Shown here piece after piece: positions 39,282 to 49,646 of a DNA stretch of 64,000 bases. How positions within the stretch are numbered: position 1 is the first letter of the stretch; each line of letters opens with the position of its first letter. The notes under the pieces were generated by a model that saw only the letters and a list, made by a program, of their open reading frames with translations, was not told the origin of the DNA and ran no database searches. The translations under genes were made by a program, and so were the position numbers. The stretch is taken from NCBI GenBank assembly GCA_963827275.1, contig CAWHAA010000010.1:256001-320000 (forward strand). The letters are read 5' to 3'. The DNA is from an uncultured Spirochaetota bacterium (GTDB lineage Bacteria; Spirochaetota; UBA4802; UBA5550).

Positions 39282-39291
39282 TGGCATGGCC

Positions 39292-41499
39292 CTATTTCTT
39301 TTCTTTCATGCTCTTGATCTCGAACATGGCCATCTTGTTGTCCGGGTCGATATTGACGACCTTTTCGAAGAACGAGACCGCTCCCGCCGTGTCCCCCTTC
39401 TTCTTGAAGGCCATGCCCTGCGCGAACAGGGCGTTCACGAAGGTGTTGTCCAGCTCGAGGGCCTTGTCGAAATTGGTGATCGCATTGTCGAAATCGCCAA
39501 GCTGGTAAAAGGCGGCGCCGGCGATGTAATATGCGTTCTTGTTCATCTTGTCGCCTTCGATGTACGTCTGGATCGTGTCGATCGCCCTGCGGAAGCTGTT
39601 CACCCTGAAATAATTTTTCGCCAGGTTGTAGCGGATCTTCTGGTTGTCGGGGAACTTGTTCAGGCCGTTTTCGAGGGCCGTGATCGCCTCATCGTACTTG
39701 TGGGCGTTGATCAGCCGCTTCGAGTTCTTGATGATGTCAACGGCCTCGTCGCGCGACAGCTCGATGATCAGGAAGGTGATGTCATCCACGAGCTGGGCGT
39801 TGCCGATGAACTGGCGCACCTCCCCGAGGATCGCGTCGGCGAACTCCTCGGCCGGCAGGGCGCGGAACTTGCGGATGACGTTCTCGAGACGCTGGTTGGA
39901 AAATTCCTGCCGCGCCTCATTGATCGCTTCCGGGATGCCGTCGGTATAGAGCACGATCCGGTCGCCGTAATCGAGCCTCGTCCTCTTCTCCTCGTATGAC
40001 TCGCGGGCGTCCTCAATGGCGCCGATAAAAAGGCCGCCGGTGTCCAGGAGCTCGATACTCCCGCCGGCGCGGAGCAGTATCGCCTTCTGGTGGCTCGCGT
40101 TGGAGTACACGACGTTGTAGTCGTCGTCGATAGAGAGCATGAAGCAGGTCATGTAATCCTGCGTTTTCACGTGGTCCAGGATGTTCTGGTTCATCTCCTG
40201 GAAGATTTTCTTGGGGGAATCGTATTTCGCGCCGGCGTTGCCGAACGACATCTTCGCCATGGTGGTGACGAGGGCCGCCGGGATGCCGTGGCCCGATACG
40301 TCAGCGATCATGATCCCGATCTTGTCGTCCTTGAGGAGGTGGACGTCGTAGAAATCACCCCCGATCTTCTCCATGGCCATGTAGCGGACGGCGAACCGCA
40401 GCTCGTTCCAGTCGTCGATTTTGCCGGGAAGGATGCTCCGCTGGATGACGCTTGCCATGTCGAGCTGTTTCTGTATCTGGTCGTCCCTGTTCCGCAGGCT
40501 CGAGAGCGCGTTCTGGAGCTCCTCGGTCCTCTTCGCCACCTTTTCTTCAATGTCGCGCCGGTACTCGTTGATTTCCCGGCCCGTCTCGACCAGCGCGAAC
40601 TCGATGGCGGAGAATTCTTTCTCGAGCGAGAGGACCTCGTATGCCGCGCTCCCGCCCGACGCGATGGCCCTGGTGACCCTGACCAGGTCATTCAGCTTTC
40701 TCGTGATCGAGCTGCTGGTGACCTGCATCAGCAGAATACTGGCGAGTATCGACATGAAAAAATAACCGGCGATGACAGGGATGCTGTATTCCTCGAGGAA
40801 CCGCACCTTTTCAAGGAGCGCCGCGAAGGTCAGAAGGGTAATGACCAGCAGCCATATAAAGAAAAAGAACTTGAGCCGGATGCCGATGAGGGCAAACGGC
40901 CGTACCGTGGCCCCGGTCTGGACGATCTTGTTGTACAGCAGGCTCCGCTCCCTGTTGGTCAGCGACTCCGTCAGGAGGTAGGTCGCCATCCCGTAGAGGA
41001 TGAGGATAAACATTATCGTGAGAACGGACACCTTAATGAGCGCCCGGATCTCGGCCGAGGTGAAGACCCCCTGGTAGTAGTATTGGTACAATGATAATGC
41101 CAGGACTATCGCCCCGCCCAGGAAGACGTGGACCGTGGCGACGATCAGGTTATACATGGGAAGGTCGGTAAAAGCGCGGTACACCCGCTTCAGGTCCTCC
41201 TCCGGCACCTCGAAGTTGTTACGGTACGCGTCATTGACCAGCCTGAGGGGGGCAAAGAGTGCCGGTATCTTCAACGGTGACAGCACGCCGAACTCGACAT
41301 AGTGCATGACGACGGGGATGGCCACCCCGATGGGGAGCCAGATGGTAAAGAAGCCAGCCAGTTTCTCATATGATATTATGACAAAGGACATGCCGAGGAA
41401 AAAGCCGAAGAGGCTGAAGACCCAGCTTGCAAACACGGTTATGAACGCTATTGCGAATGTGTAGGATATATTTTTTGCGAGAAAATGGAAAAATCTCAT
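39292..41499 (-). CDS. Membrane SpoIIE/PP2C-type phosphatase with C-terminal TPRs
   Basis: TM N-terminus, IGGDFYD, ADVSGHG, YTDGI, DDIT, then TPR repeats. Confidence 0.9.
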   Translation of the reverse strand: MRFFHFLAKNISYTFAIAFITVFASWVFSLFGFFLGMSFVIISYEKLAGFFTIWLPIGVAIPVVMHYVEFGVLSPLKIPALFAPLRLVNDAYRNNFEVPEEDLKRVYRAFTDLPMYNLIVATVHVFLGGAIVLALSLYQYYYQGVFTSAEIRALIKVSVLTIMFILILYGMATYLLTESLTNRERSLLYNKIVQTGATVRPFALIGIRLKFFFFIWLLVITLLTFAALLEKVRFLEEYSIPVIAGYFFMSILASILLMQVTSSSITRKLNDLVRVTRAIASGGSAAYEVLSLEKEFSAIEFALVETGREINEYRRDIEEKVAKRTEELQNALSSLRNRDDQIQKQLDMASVIQRSILPGKIDDWNELRFAVRYMAMEKIGGDFYDVHLLKDDKIGIMIADVSGHGIPAALVTTMAKMSFGNAGAKYDSPKKIFQEMNQNILDHVKTQDYMTCFMLSIDDDYNVVYSNASHQKAILLRAGGSIELLDTGGLFIGAIEDARESYEEKRTRLDYGDRIVLYTDGIPEAINEARQEFSNQRLENVIRKFRALPAEEFADAILGEVRQFIGNAQLVDDITFLIIELSRDEAVDIIKNSKRLINAHKYDEAITALENGLNKFPDNQKIRYNLAKNYFRVNSFRRAIDTIQTYIEGDKMNKNAYYIAGAAFYQLGDFDNAITNFDKALELDNTFVNALFAQGMAFKKKGDTAGAVSFFEKVVNIDPDNKMAMFEIKSMKEKK

Positions 41500-41588
41500 G
41501 GGTCCCTCTATATGGTATCTATCGGCCGAGAAGCACCACTAATATATAATATATTCCAGGATACGCAATACAAATTTGGGCATGACGC

Positions 41589-42842
41589 CTATTTTTCACC
41601 CTTCGCCCGCATGCCGGGGGAGATGGCAGCGGGCGACCGGCCGCGCTGATGATCAGTGCTGTCCGTCCCCTTGACGCAGCGGAACCCGGCGAGGTTGCCC
41701 GCATGAAGGCTCGGGGCGCCGCCGATATCGCGGCTGGTCGTCCTCAGCCGGTACCGCGGGTCATACCAGGAACCGCCCCTGACGACTTTATACTGCTTCC
41801 CGTAGCGCCGGTACTCCCTTCCCTTTTTCGAGGAGTTGCCCTCGTAGGGCATGTACCAGCTCGAGGTCCATTCGCGGGCGTTGCCCGCCATGTTGACCGC
41901 GCCGCAGGGTGATGCGCCCTCCGGCTCAAAGGAAGCGACCGGCAGGAGTCCCCGTGAGGCGACGCCGTACCGCATTTTTATATGCGCGCCGGTGGCGTCG
42001 TCGGCCCAGAATTCCTCGCAATTTGCCCGCTCGGGGTTGAACACGCGCCCCCAGGGATACACGAGGTTCTGTCCCCCGCTTTCGGGATCGGCCCTGCCGC
42101 TTCCCCGCGCCGCTTTTTCCCATTCCTCTTCGGTGGGCAGGCGCTTGCCCGCCCACTTCGCGTACGCGGCCGCCTCCTGGTGGGTCACCAGTACCGGCAG
42201 GTCTTTGTCCCCGTCCGGGTAGGTGTCCCCCTTCCACGAGACAGGCGGCCTGGCGTTCGTCGCCGCGATGAAGGCCTTGTAGTCTTCGTTGGAGACCTCG
42301 TACTTGTCGATATAAAAGTCGTCAAGGTAGATCGTCTGCTCGGGTGATTCGTCACGGTCCCCTTCCCCGGACCCGAACACGAACTTGCCCTCCGGCACGA
42401 GCACCATCGGCCTGCCGTCGCGCGGAGAGACGGTGCTCGTCCGGTACGCCCGCTCCTTCACGGGGATTGAATCGGGGATGTCGGTCTCCTCCTTTTTCCC
42501 GGGGGCCAGGAGCGCGATGTCTTCGCCCGCACGTATCTGCCGCGCATACATCCTGTTGGTCAGGCTATACCGTGCGGCGGCCCGGTAGCGGAACCCGCCC
42601 ATCCTGTCATATACCAGCGAAACGATTGCCACCGTGCCGAACACGGTCTCGCCATCGACGATGTAATAATTTTTTTCAGCGGGGCGCTCTTTGAAGAGGA
42701 GCGCGATATCCCCATCCTTGCCGATGGATTCGATCTTCCCCTTGATGCTGAATTCCCGCGTGCCGTCGGCCGCCTGAAGCGCGCCGGCGATCATGAACAG
42801 CATGGCGGCAATTACCGCCGTCCGGATTGTCCTGATATTCAT
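41589..42842 (-). CDS. Secreted FGE-sulfatase (SUMF1) domain protein
   Basis: Signal peptide; FYIDKYEVSN, RLPTEEEWEKAARG, MAGNAREW, RGGSW, GFRC. Confidence 0.88.
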   Translation of the reverse strand: MNIRTIRTAVIAAMLFMIAGALQAADGTREFSIKGKIESIGKDGDIALLFKERPAEKNYYIVDGETVFGTVAIVSLVYDRMGGFRYRAAARYSLTNRMYARQIRAGEDIALLAPGKKEETDIPDSIPVKERAYRTSTVSPRDGRPMVLVPEGKFVFGSGEGDRDESPEQTIYLDDFYIDKYEVSNEDYKAFIAATNARPPVSWKGDTYPDGDKDLPVLVTHQEAAAYAKWAGKRLPTEEEWEKAARGSGRADPESGGQNLVYPWGRVFNPERANCEEFWADDATGAHIKMRYGVASRGLLPVASFEPEGASPCGAVNMAGNAREWTSSWYMPYEGNSSKKGREYRRYGKQYKVVRGGSWYDPRYRLRTTSRDIGGAPSLHAGNLAGFRCVKGTDSTDHQRGRSPAAISPGMRAKGEK

Positions 42843-42936
42843 ACGTCCTTACTCCCCTGTTTCCTGCCGTCATGCGGCGCCGGGAAGCGCTCCTTCCGGC
42901 CCTGCCCGGTGCGGCGCGGCCGGCCCACGGGCGGCC

Positions 42937-43593
42937 TCATGACGTGATTATATTCCCGCCGGGCCATGAAAGACATGCCAGCGGCTTCCCGTATATCACG
43001 CCGGCATCGATCCCGATGATGTTCCTCCGCTCGTCTCGGTACGCGGGCCCGGTGCCGCTGATTGCCATGACCGGGGTATGGCCGAAAATGACCGTCTTCT
43101 CCCAGCGCTTGTCCGCGCGATAAAACTCTTCACGGATCCAGAGCAGGTCAAATTCCTCCTGCCCCTCGAGGCCGGCGGCCCCCGGGTTGAGCCCCGCGTG
43201 CACCGCGATAAAATCGTCGCCCTCGTAATAGAGGTCGAGGCTGTTAAAAAACTCCAGGTGTTGTTCCGGCAGATGAAAGCCGCCGCCGCGCAGGGTATAG
43301 CTCCTGATCGTGGCGTCGCCGCCGTTCATGATATAGGAGCCCCCGTGGTCCTCGCCGCCCAGGTATTTCAGCAGCATATCTTCATGGTTCCCCTTGAGGA
43401 AGACGCTCCTGAACGCGTTGACCCGGGAGACCTTGATCAGAAAATCAACGACATCATATGACTGGGGACCGCGGTCGATGTAGTCCCCCAGGAAAATGAT
43501 GGTATCCTCCTGCCGTATGACCCCCATCAGCGTGTCATAGAGTGCGGCAAGCTTGTTGTAATATCCGTGTATGTCGCCGATTATGTAAAACAA
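42937..43593 (-). CDS. Calcineurin-like metallophosphoesterase (PrpA/ApaH-type)
   Basis: GDIHG, GDYIDRG, GNHE, VHAG, GHTP. Confidence 0.92.
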   Translation of the reverse strand: MFYIIGDIHGYYNKLAALYDTLMGVIRQEDTIIFLGDYIDRGPQSYDVVDFLIKVSRVNAFRSVFLKGNHEDMLLKYLGGEDHGGSYIMNGGDATIRSYTLRGGGFHLPEQHLEFFNSLDLYYEGDDFIAVHAGLNPGAAGLEGQEEFDLLWIREEFYRADKRWEKTVIFGHTPVMAISGTGPAYRDERRNIIGIDAGVIYGKPLACLSWPGGNIITS

Positions 43594-43632
43594 ACCCGTC
43601 CCTCTTCAGCGCCGTCGGACAGACCGGCAGAA

Positions 43633-44577
43633 TCAGGTCTTTTCTTTTTTATCAACCCAGCGCTTTAATTCGCCGTACAGGAATATGAGCGCATTGTTCC
43701 CCTCGTCCATGGTATCGGCATCCATCACCCCGAAAATCCACTGTTTATAGTGGGAGATGACCAGATATTCCGAGCCGCTTATTATGCGTACCGCCGCCGT
43801 ATGCGTCCCGATCTTTGACAGCATGAAGGACGCGCCGCCTGCCTTCATCACCTTCTGGAATTCCTGCTCGGCGTCGAACACCGACGCCGTTTTCGCGAAG
43901 ATGACACCCTGCTTTTTCCCGCCAAGCGCGCGCCGCATGACCGAGACGTTTTTCAGCCCGGGGACCAGGTCAATCCCGTTTTTATAGTAGATAATGTCCC
44001 TGGTGGAGCGGTCGCCGGAAAAGACAAACAGCTGGTCGGGAAGGTGATCGTCGCCCGGCTGGTTTTTCAGATTGTTCGCCACTACGGAACGGAACTGCTC
44101 GGGCGCGCCGGAGTCCTGCTCATCGAGGTTCTGCCATGTTATTTTAAGGTAGTGTCTCCCCTTGCGAAAGAACAGGGACCCCTCGCGCGAATACGCGTCG
44201 TCGCCGTTGAATTGGCCCGGCTGGTCGAAGCCGCGCTCGCGGCCGTAGAGGCCGAACGAGTCGAGCGGGGAATGGAACTTTACGAGCTCCGCGCGGATGG
44301 TCCTGCCCCTGTCCGACACCCGGCAGTATTCAGCGACCGCCAGCTCCGCGGGGTCATATTCCGCATAGAAGGGGCCCGCCTGCATGATCTTCTTCAAGCT
44401 GCTCGTGCGGTACTGCCCGGTCCGCTCCCAGCCCGGGACATCGGTCTCCCGCGGCAGCTCATCGTGCAGCGTGACAATCCCCGGCACGAGGCTGCACGAC
44501 GCGATCAGGCAAATGGAGGCGAGGAGCGCCGCCCGGCAGGCGGCGCCGCCGCGCCCGATGACAGTATGTCCAGGCAT
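43633..44577 (-). CDS. Hypothetical lipoprotein
   Basis: Lipobox LIASC; S.LDSFGLY..ER and FRKGRHYLKI segments. Confidence 0.65.
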   Translation of the reverse strand: MPGHTVIGRGGAACRAALLASICLIASCSLVPGIVTLHDELPRETDVPGWERTGQYRTSSLKKIMQAGPFYAEYDPAELAVAEYCRVSDRGRTIRAELVKFHSPLDSFGLYGRERGFDQPGQFNGDDAYSREGSLFFRKGRHYLKITWQNLDEQDSGAPEQFRSVVANNLKNQPGDDHLPDQLFVFSGDRSTRDIIYYKNGIDLVPGLKNVSVMRRALGGKKQGVIFAKTASVFDAEQEFQKVMKAGGASFMLSKIGTHTAAVRIISGSEYLVISHYKQWIFGVMDADTMDEGNNALIFLYGELKRWVDKKEKT

Positions 44578-44633
44578 AGGCAGTTCCGTTTACATCCAAT
44601 ATACTCCGCGCCGGCGCGGAAAAAAAGCATTTT

Positions 44634-45611
44634 TCACCTGCCCGCAGACTTCGGGTCTATCGCTTCCTGCAGGCCCTCTCCCACCAGGTTGTAGGCCGTG
44701 ATCGTGATAAAGATCGCGAAGCCCGGGATGAAGGTCAGCCACCAGGCGAAATCCATGAAGTCCCTCGACTGCGACAGGATGTCGCCCCAGCTCGGCGTCG
44801 GCGGCTGTACCCCGAATCCGAGGAAGCTCAGGGACGATTCAATCAGGATCGTCGAGGCGATCCCGAAGGTGGCGGAGACCAGCACCGGCGCGAGTGAATT
44901 GGGCAATATATGCCGGACGATGATCCAGGCGTCCCGCGCCCCCACGGCCCGCGAAGCCGACACGAAATCCATCTCGCGCAATTTCATGAATTCGCCCCGT
45001 ACGATCCGCGCGATCCCGGGCCAGCTGGTGATGCCGATGACCACCATCACGCTCAGCAGGCTCGGCCCCCACAGGGCGAGTATCGTCAGTATCAGGAAAA
45101 ACGTGGGGAAGCACATGATGATCTCGATAAAGCGCGATATGACGATGTCGATCCACCCGCCGTAGTAGCCGGCGATGGACCCGATGAGGATGCCGATCGC
45201 CACGTAGAGCGCCACCGCGATGAAGCCGATGAAGATCGACACCCTGCTCCCGTGTATCATGCGCGCCAGCAGGTCCCTCCCCTGCTCGTCGGTCCCCAGG
45301 AGGTGCTTTTTCCCCGGACCGGTCACTATCGAATTCAGGTCGTACTCCGAGTAGGAATACCTGACCGGCGGAAATAGCTTGAAGCCCGTGAACTCGTCTT
45401 TCCGCAGGTCCTTGTCCCTCAATTCCCGGTAATCATAGAATATCGGGAAATAGACGCTGCCGTTTGTTACATAGAGATAGGGCTTATGGTTCGCCAGGAG
45501 CGGCGCGATCACGGCGACCGTGATAAGCCCGATGACCACGCACAGGCCGGCGAACGCAAGCCGGTTCTTCCTGAATTCCCGCCATACCACTGACCAGTAG
45601 CCGCGTCTCAT
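44634..45611 (-). CDS. oppC: Peptide/nickel ABC transporter permease (OppC-like)
   Basis: HLLGTDEQGRD, RHILPN, ESSLSFLGFG..PSWG. Confidence 0.9.
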   Translation of the reverse strand: MRRGYWSVVWREFRKNRLAFAGLCVVIGLITVAVIAPLLANHKPYLYVTNGSVYFPIFYDYRELRDKDLRKDEFTGFKLFPPVRYSYSEYDLNSIVTGPGKKHLLGTDEQGRDLLARMIHGSRVSIFIGFIAVALYVAIGILIGSIAGYYGGWIDIVISRFIEIIMCFPTFFLILTILALWGPSLLSVMVVIGITSWPGIARIVRGEFMKLREMDFVSASRAVGARDAWIIVRHILPNSLAPVLVSATFGIASTILIESSLSFLGFGVQPPTPSWGDILSQSRDFMDFAWWLTFIPGFAIFITITAYNLVGEGLQEAIDPKSAGR

Positions 45612-46609
45612 AGCTTCGCCTCCAGCCGGATGCGGGGGTCAACCAGGGAGTAGACCAGGTCGGCGAGAAGAATGCCGACGAGCGTGAGCACCGCCGCGAT
45701 GGTCGTTATCGCCATGATGACCGGTATGTCCCGCGAGAGGATGGCCTCGAAGGAGAGCATACCGATGCCCGGGATTGAAAAGATCGATTCGACGATGACC
45801 GTGCCCCCCAGGAGGCCCGGAAGGAGCGTCGCCATCAGCGTGACCAGGGGGATCAGGCTGTTGCGGAACGCGTGGACGAAGACCACCTTTTTTTCCGACA
45901 GGCCCTTGGCGCGGGCGGTCATGATGTACTGCTGGTTGATCACCTCGAGCATGTTCGCCCTGGTGTACCGCGACAGGAAGGCGAACTCCGCGTAGGTGAG
46001 CGTTATCACCGGGAGGACCAGGTGCCAGCAGAAATCGAGGGCCCTGAGAAGCGGGCCCGCCCCCTCGGCCCAGTCGGAATGTATCCCCCCGAGGGGGAAG
46101 AGGTTGAGATACTCCCCGCTCCCGAAATAGAGCAGGAGCAGGAGGGCGATCCAGAAATGCGGGAGCGAGTAGAGCACGAACAGTATGAGGCTCGAAAAGC
46201 GGTCATAGGCCGAGCCCTTCTTCACCGCGGAGAGTATGCCCATGGGTATCGATATGAGATAGATGATGATCATGGTGATGATGTTCAGGGTCAGCGTGAT
46301 CGGGAGCGCGTCGGCGATGCGGCGCGCGACCGGCCTGCCGTCTTTTCTCGACGTGCCGAAATCGAGCCGGACGAATTTCCAGAGCCACTCCGCGTACCCC
46401 AGCACGATGGGCCGGTCAAGGCCGTACAGCTTCTTTTCCTGCTCAAGGATCTCCCTGGAAATAGACCCTGATTTCAGCGCCCCCTCCATCCCGAGCTGGA
46501 GCTTCGTGTAGTCGCCCGGCGCGAGCCGGATCATCAGGTAGGTGATGAACGTGATGCCCAGGAGCGTCGGGATGATGAGGAGGACCCTCTTTATGATATA
46601 TTTCTTCAT
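45608..46609 (-). CDS. oppB: Peptide/nickel ABC transporter permease (OppB-like)
   Basis: LAPGD, TARAKGL..HAFRN, ESIFSIPG, DPRIR; ATGA overlap with oppA. Confidence 0.9.
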   Translation of the reverse strand: MKKYIIKRVLLIIPTLLGITFITYLMIRLAPGDYTKLQLGMEGALKSGSISREILEQEKKLYGLDRPIVLGYAEWLWKFVRLDFGTSRKDGRPVARRIADALPITLTLNIITMIIIYLISIPMGILSAVKKGSAYDRFSSLILFVLYSLPHFWIALLLLLYFGSGEYLNLFPLGGIHSDWAEGAGPLLRALDFCWHLVLPVITLTYAEFAFLSRYTRANMLEVINQQYIMTARAKGLSEKKVVFVHAFRNSLIPLVTLMATLLPGLLGGTVIVESIFSIPGIGMLSFEAILSRDIPVIMAITTIAAVLTLVGILLADLVYSLVDPRIRLEAKL

Positions 46610-48216
46610 TGCGCGCCCCGCACCCTCCACTCGACAAAATTCATCCCCTTCTTGTGCACCGTTACGTTATCGAACCTCCTGCTCACCGCCGCAAGGGCCG
46701 GCATGGTGTAGAGGAAGGTATAGGGCTGCTCGTTGTGCAATATTTCATGAAAGCGCCGGTACATCTTCACCCGCTTCGCGTCGTTGAACTCCTGGCGGGC
46801 CGCTTCGATGATGGCGTCGGCTTCAGGATTGCTGAAACCGATATAATTCGACCCGCCCCTGATCTGCGAAGAATGCCAGATCTGGTAGGGATCGTCCTGG
46901 AAATCGGGGTCCGACCAGCCGAGGCTCGTCGCGTCGAAGTTCCTGCTCTGTATCTTGTCGAGGAACACCGCCCATTCGTAGCGGTTGATCTCCATCTCGA
47001 TGCCGACCTTCGCGAAATCTTCCTTTAGAATGCTGGTCAGGCGCTCCGCGAACTTGCTCCCGGATGATATCGTGAAGGTAAAAGAAAACTTTTTCCCGTT
47101 GCGGTCAAGTATGCCGTCGCCGTCATGGTCCTCCCAGCCCGCCTCTTTCAGGAGCTGTTTCGCCCGCGCCGGGTCATAGGGCCAGGGCTTCAGGTCCCTG
47201 TTGTAGCTGTCGCCGAATATATAGAACGGGCCGGTGACGACTTCCCCCAGGCCGAAGAGGAGCTTGTCGAGGATGTCTCTCCTGTTGACAAGGTGCGTCA
47301 TGGCGAGCCGGACCCTCCTGTCGCTGAAAAAGGGCCGGGCCTGGTTCCAGCCGATATAGCTGAACGACGAGAGATAGTACTTCTTCTTGTAGAATTGCCC
47401 GTTGAACTTCTCTGAATTGGTCTGGCGCACCCATTCAATCTCGCGCACCCCCACCACGTCCAGGTCGCCCTTTTTAAGCATCTGCAGGGCAATGCTCGGC
47501 TCGGCAATAAACTTGTACACCACCCTGCGTATTTCAGGCTTTTTCCCCCGGTACCGCTCGTTCGCGACCAGCGTGATGTTTTTCCCGGTGGACCATGAAT
47601 CGAAGCGGAACGGCCCGGTCCCGACCGGGCGGCGGTTGTTCGGGTGCGTATTGAAATCGACGCCCGTATTAAAGATATGCTTTGGCACGATCGGCATGCC
47701 CCCGCAGAAAATGAGCGCGAGGTAATAGGGCCGTGAATACACGAACTCCACCGTATAGCGGTCGATTTTCATGCAGCTTTTGATGTCTATGTAATACACC
47801 TTGAGCTGGGCACAGGCCACCTTCGGGTCCTTGATCATCCGGTAGGAGTACACCACGTCGTCCGCGGTAAATTCCTTTCCGTCGCTCCAGAGAACGTTCT
47901 TTTTCAGGTAAAACCGGTACGTAAGCCTGTCGGACGACACCTCCCACCGTTGCGCGAGCTGCGGCATCACCTCGAGGGTATCGTAGTCGCGGTCAAGCAG
48001 CGTCTCATAGATGCGCAGGTTGATGGAATGGGAATAGGCGTCGGTCGCCGTTATCGGGTTGAGCGTGCCCGGCTCCGCGCCCATGTGCATGTAAATGGTA
48101 TAGGGATCCTTCGCGGGCGCGAATTTCGAACAGCCGGCAATGACCGCTCCGGCCAGCAGAAGCAGGAGTATGACCGGACAGCTCTTTTTCAATCGAAACG
48201 TCATCCCGTGATTCAC
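46606..48216 (-). CDS. oppA: Peptide ABC transporter substrate-binding lipoprotein (family 5)
   Basis: Lipobox IAGC, LNP, WSDG..FTADDV, GTGPF, YDPARA..LL.EAGW. Confidence 0.9.
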   Translation of the reverse strand: MNHGMTFRLKKSCPVILLLLLAGAVIAGCSKFAPAKDPYTIYMHMGAEPGTLNPITATDAYSHSINLRIYETLLDRDYDTLEVMPQLAQRWEVSSDRLTYRFYLKKNVLWSDGKEFTADDVVYSYRMIKDPKVACAQLKVYYIDIKSCMKIDRYTVEFVYSRPYYLALIFCGGMPIVPKHIFNTGVDFNTHPNNRRPVGTGPFRFDSWSTGKNITLVANERYRGKKPEIRRVVYKFIAEPSIALQMLKKGDLDVVGVREIEWVRQTNSEKFNGQFYKKKYYLSSFSYIGWNQARPFFSDRRVRLAMTHLVNRRDILDKLLFGLGEVVTGPFYIFGDSYNRDLKPWPYDPARAKQLLKEAGWEDHDGDGILDRNGKKFSFTFTISSGSKFAERLTSILKEDFAKVGIEMEINRYEWAVFLDKIQSRNFDATSLGWSDPDFQDDPYQIWHSSQIRGGSNYIGFSNPEADAIIEAARQEFNDAKRVKMYRRFHEILHNEQPYTFLYTMPALAAVSRRFDNVTVHKKGMNFVEWRVRGAQ

Positions 48217-48376
48217 CCGATATGGATTCCACCATGCAATAGATCGTTTTACAATGAGACATACTACAGGGAACGAAACAGACTGTCAAGAAGGATTGGG
48301 GAACGGCATGTCCAGATGAGATTCATCGTGTCCGGCGGGCTGTTCCCGGATGATCAGGAATTCCATGTATAATAAT

Positions 48377-48416
48377 CGGGCCTCACGTGAATTCGATCAT
48401 CTTCACATGAGGCCCG
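48377..48416 (-). terminator. Putative intrinsic terminator
   Basis: Minus-strand hairpin CGGGCCTCATGTGAA/TTCACGTGAGGCCCG followed by ATTATTAT, 40 bp past the stop at 48457. Confidence 0.5.
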
Positions 48417-48456
48417 TTCTGACGCGAAACGTTACCGGCCGGGGGCCGTGAATTAT

Positions 48457-49254
48457 TTACTTTCTTCCCGGCCCGTCACCCCTTCCTTCATGTTTTTCGC
48501 CGGACCGCCCCCTCTCTTCCTGCCGGCCATGCGACGGGTTCGCCGGTCCCTGTTGTTTCTGCCGCTGCAGCTGCTGTTTCTGTTCCTTCCGTTCCTGCTG
48601 CCGCAGTTTTTTCTCAGCCTGGGCCTGACGCTTCTGCCGCTGCAGCTGCAGTTTCTGCTCCTTCCGTTCCTGCAACTGACGTTTCTTCTGCTCCTGCAAC
48701 CTCAACTGCTGCCGCCGGGCCTCCTCCCGCTGATGATATTGCTTTTCCCTCTGATTTCTGAGCTTATACCGCTCGTCCTCGTGTCCGGGTCTATATCCAT
48801 CGACGTCCCAGACCCTGACCTTTTCCCAATTGCGGCCATCATACCAGATCTTCCAGTTCTGCTGGAGCCTCTGGTGAGGGATCCGCTCATACTTCCATGC
48901 GTGTCCGCGCCATTCACGTTTCTTGAAGTGCCCCCTCCACTCCGGGTCAACATCAAAATAAAATTTCGGGACACCGCCGTAACGCGCCCAGTCGCGGTCA
49001 TAATGGTATGATTTATACCAGCGGCCTTCCCACAGGCGCCACCAGAGGCCGTTCCAGAAAAAGATATCTTCAGCCAGATCGGGAACGGCATACACATCGT
49101 GGGTATCAGGGATCACGATGACTTCGGGGGGCGCATTAAATACGATCCGCGGCGGCAGGGAAATATTGACACGCACGTCCACCTCCGCCATCACCGGCAC
49201 CGCAAGCGAGATAAGCAGCCCCGCAAGGAGCGCTCCAGAGAATAAGTGTTTCAT
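48457..49254 (-). CDS. Secreted Trp-rich protein with a Q/R/K-rich low-complexity tail
   Basis: Signal peptide, PP.IVF.APP.VIVIP, FFWNGLWW..WEGRWY; repeated QERKEQK.QLQRQK; GGAG RBS. Confidence 0.75.
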   Translation of the reverse strand: MKHLFSGALLAGLLISLAVPVMAEVDVRVNISLPPRIVFNAPPEVIVIPDTHDVYAVPDLAEDIFFWNGLWWRLWEGRWYKSYHYDRDWARYGGVPKFYFDVDPEWRGHFKKREWRGHAWKYERIPHQRLQQNWKIWYDGRNWEKVRVWDVDGYRPGHEDERYKLRNQREKQYHQREEARRQQLRLQEQKKRQLQERKEQKLQLQRQKRQAQAEKKLRQQERKEQKQQLQRQKQQGPANPSHGRQEERGRSGEKHEGRGDGPGRK

Positions 49255-49646
49255 CCTGTTTCCTCCATATTATTATCTCTTAAATTAATCGTTTCCCGTA
49301 ACAGGTCATGAATTACAAGAAACCATGCCGGGCCTGTTACATATGGGGTTAGACCCTCCACGAAACAAAAAAGTACCGCATACTTGAAAAAATTTCACGC
49401 ATTGCTAAAAATACGAGAAAAAGTAGATGAATTTTTTAAACCCTTACTCCTGCCCCTTTTTGTATTGAAAAAAGCCATACAATGTCCTAAACTGGTTCAC
49501 ATGTTCCGGCACGTTCACCGGAAGTGCCCTGACGGCATTTGGTGGGGCTGTCGAACCGCAGCTCACGCAATGCTCATCGTGTCCCCGGGCTTGGTCCTGA
49601 CGAGGTTGCACAGTACTGAACAGAAAAAGGTTGCGAGGATATACTC

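Noticed and set aside
38946..39290. Known riboswitch (cobalamin, yybP-ykoY, ZTP), SRP or RNase P RNA upstream of the VIT1-like gene
   Set aside because: I could not find the diagnostic conserved motifs on either strand; kept only as an unassigned structured-RNA candidate.
27438..41499. Sporulation inferred from the SplB-like and SpoIIE-domain genes
   Set aside because: Both families are widespread in non-sporulating bacteria.
48448..49011. Leu-rich membrane protein ORF on the plus strand
   Set aside because: It is the antisense reading of the Q/K/R-rich tail of the minus-strand gene.
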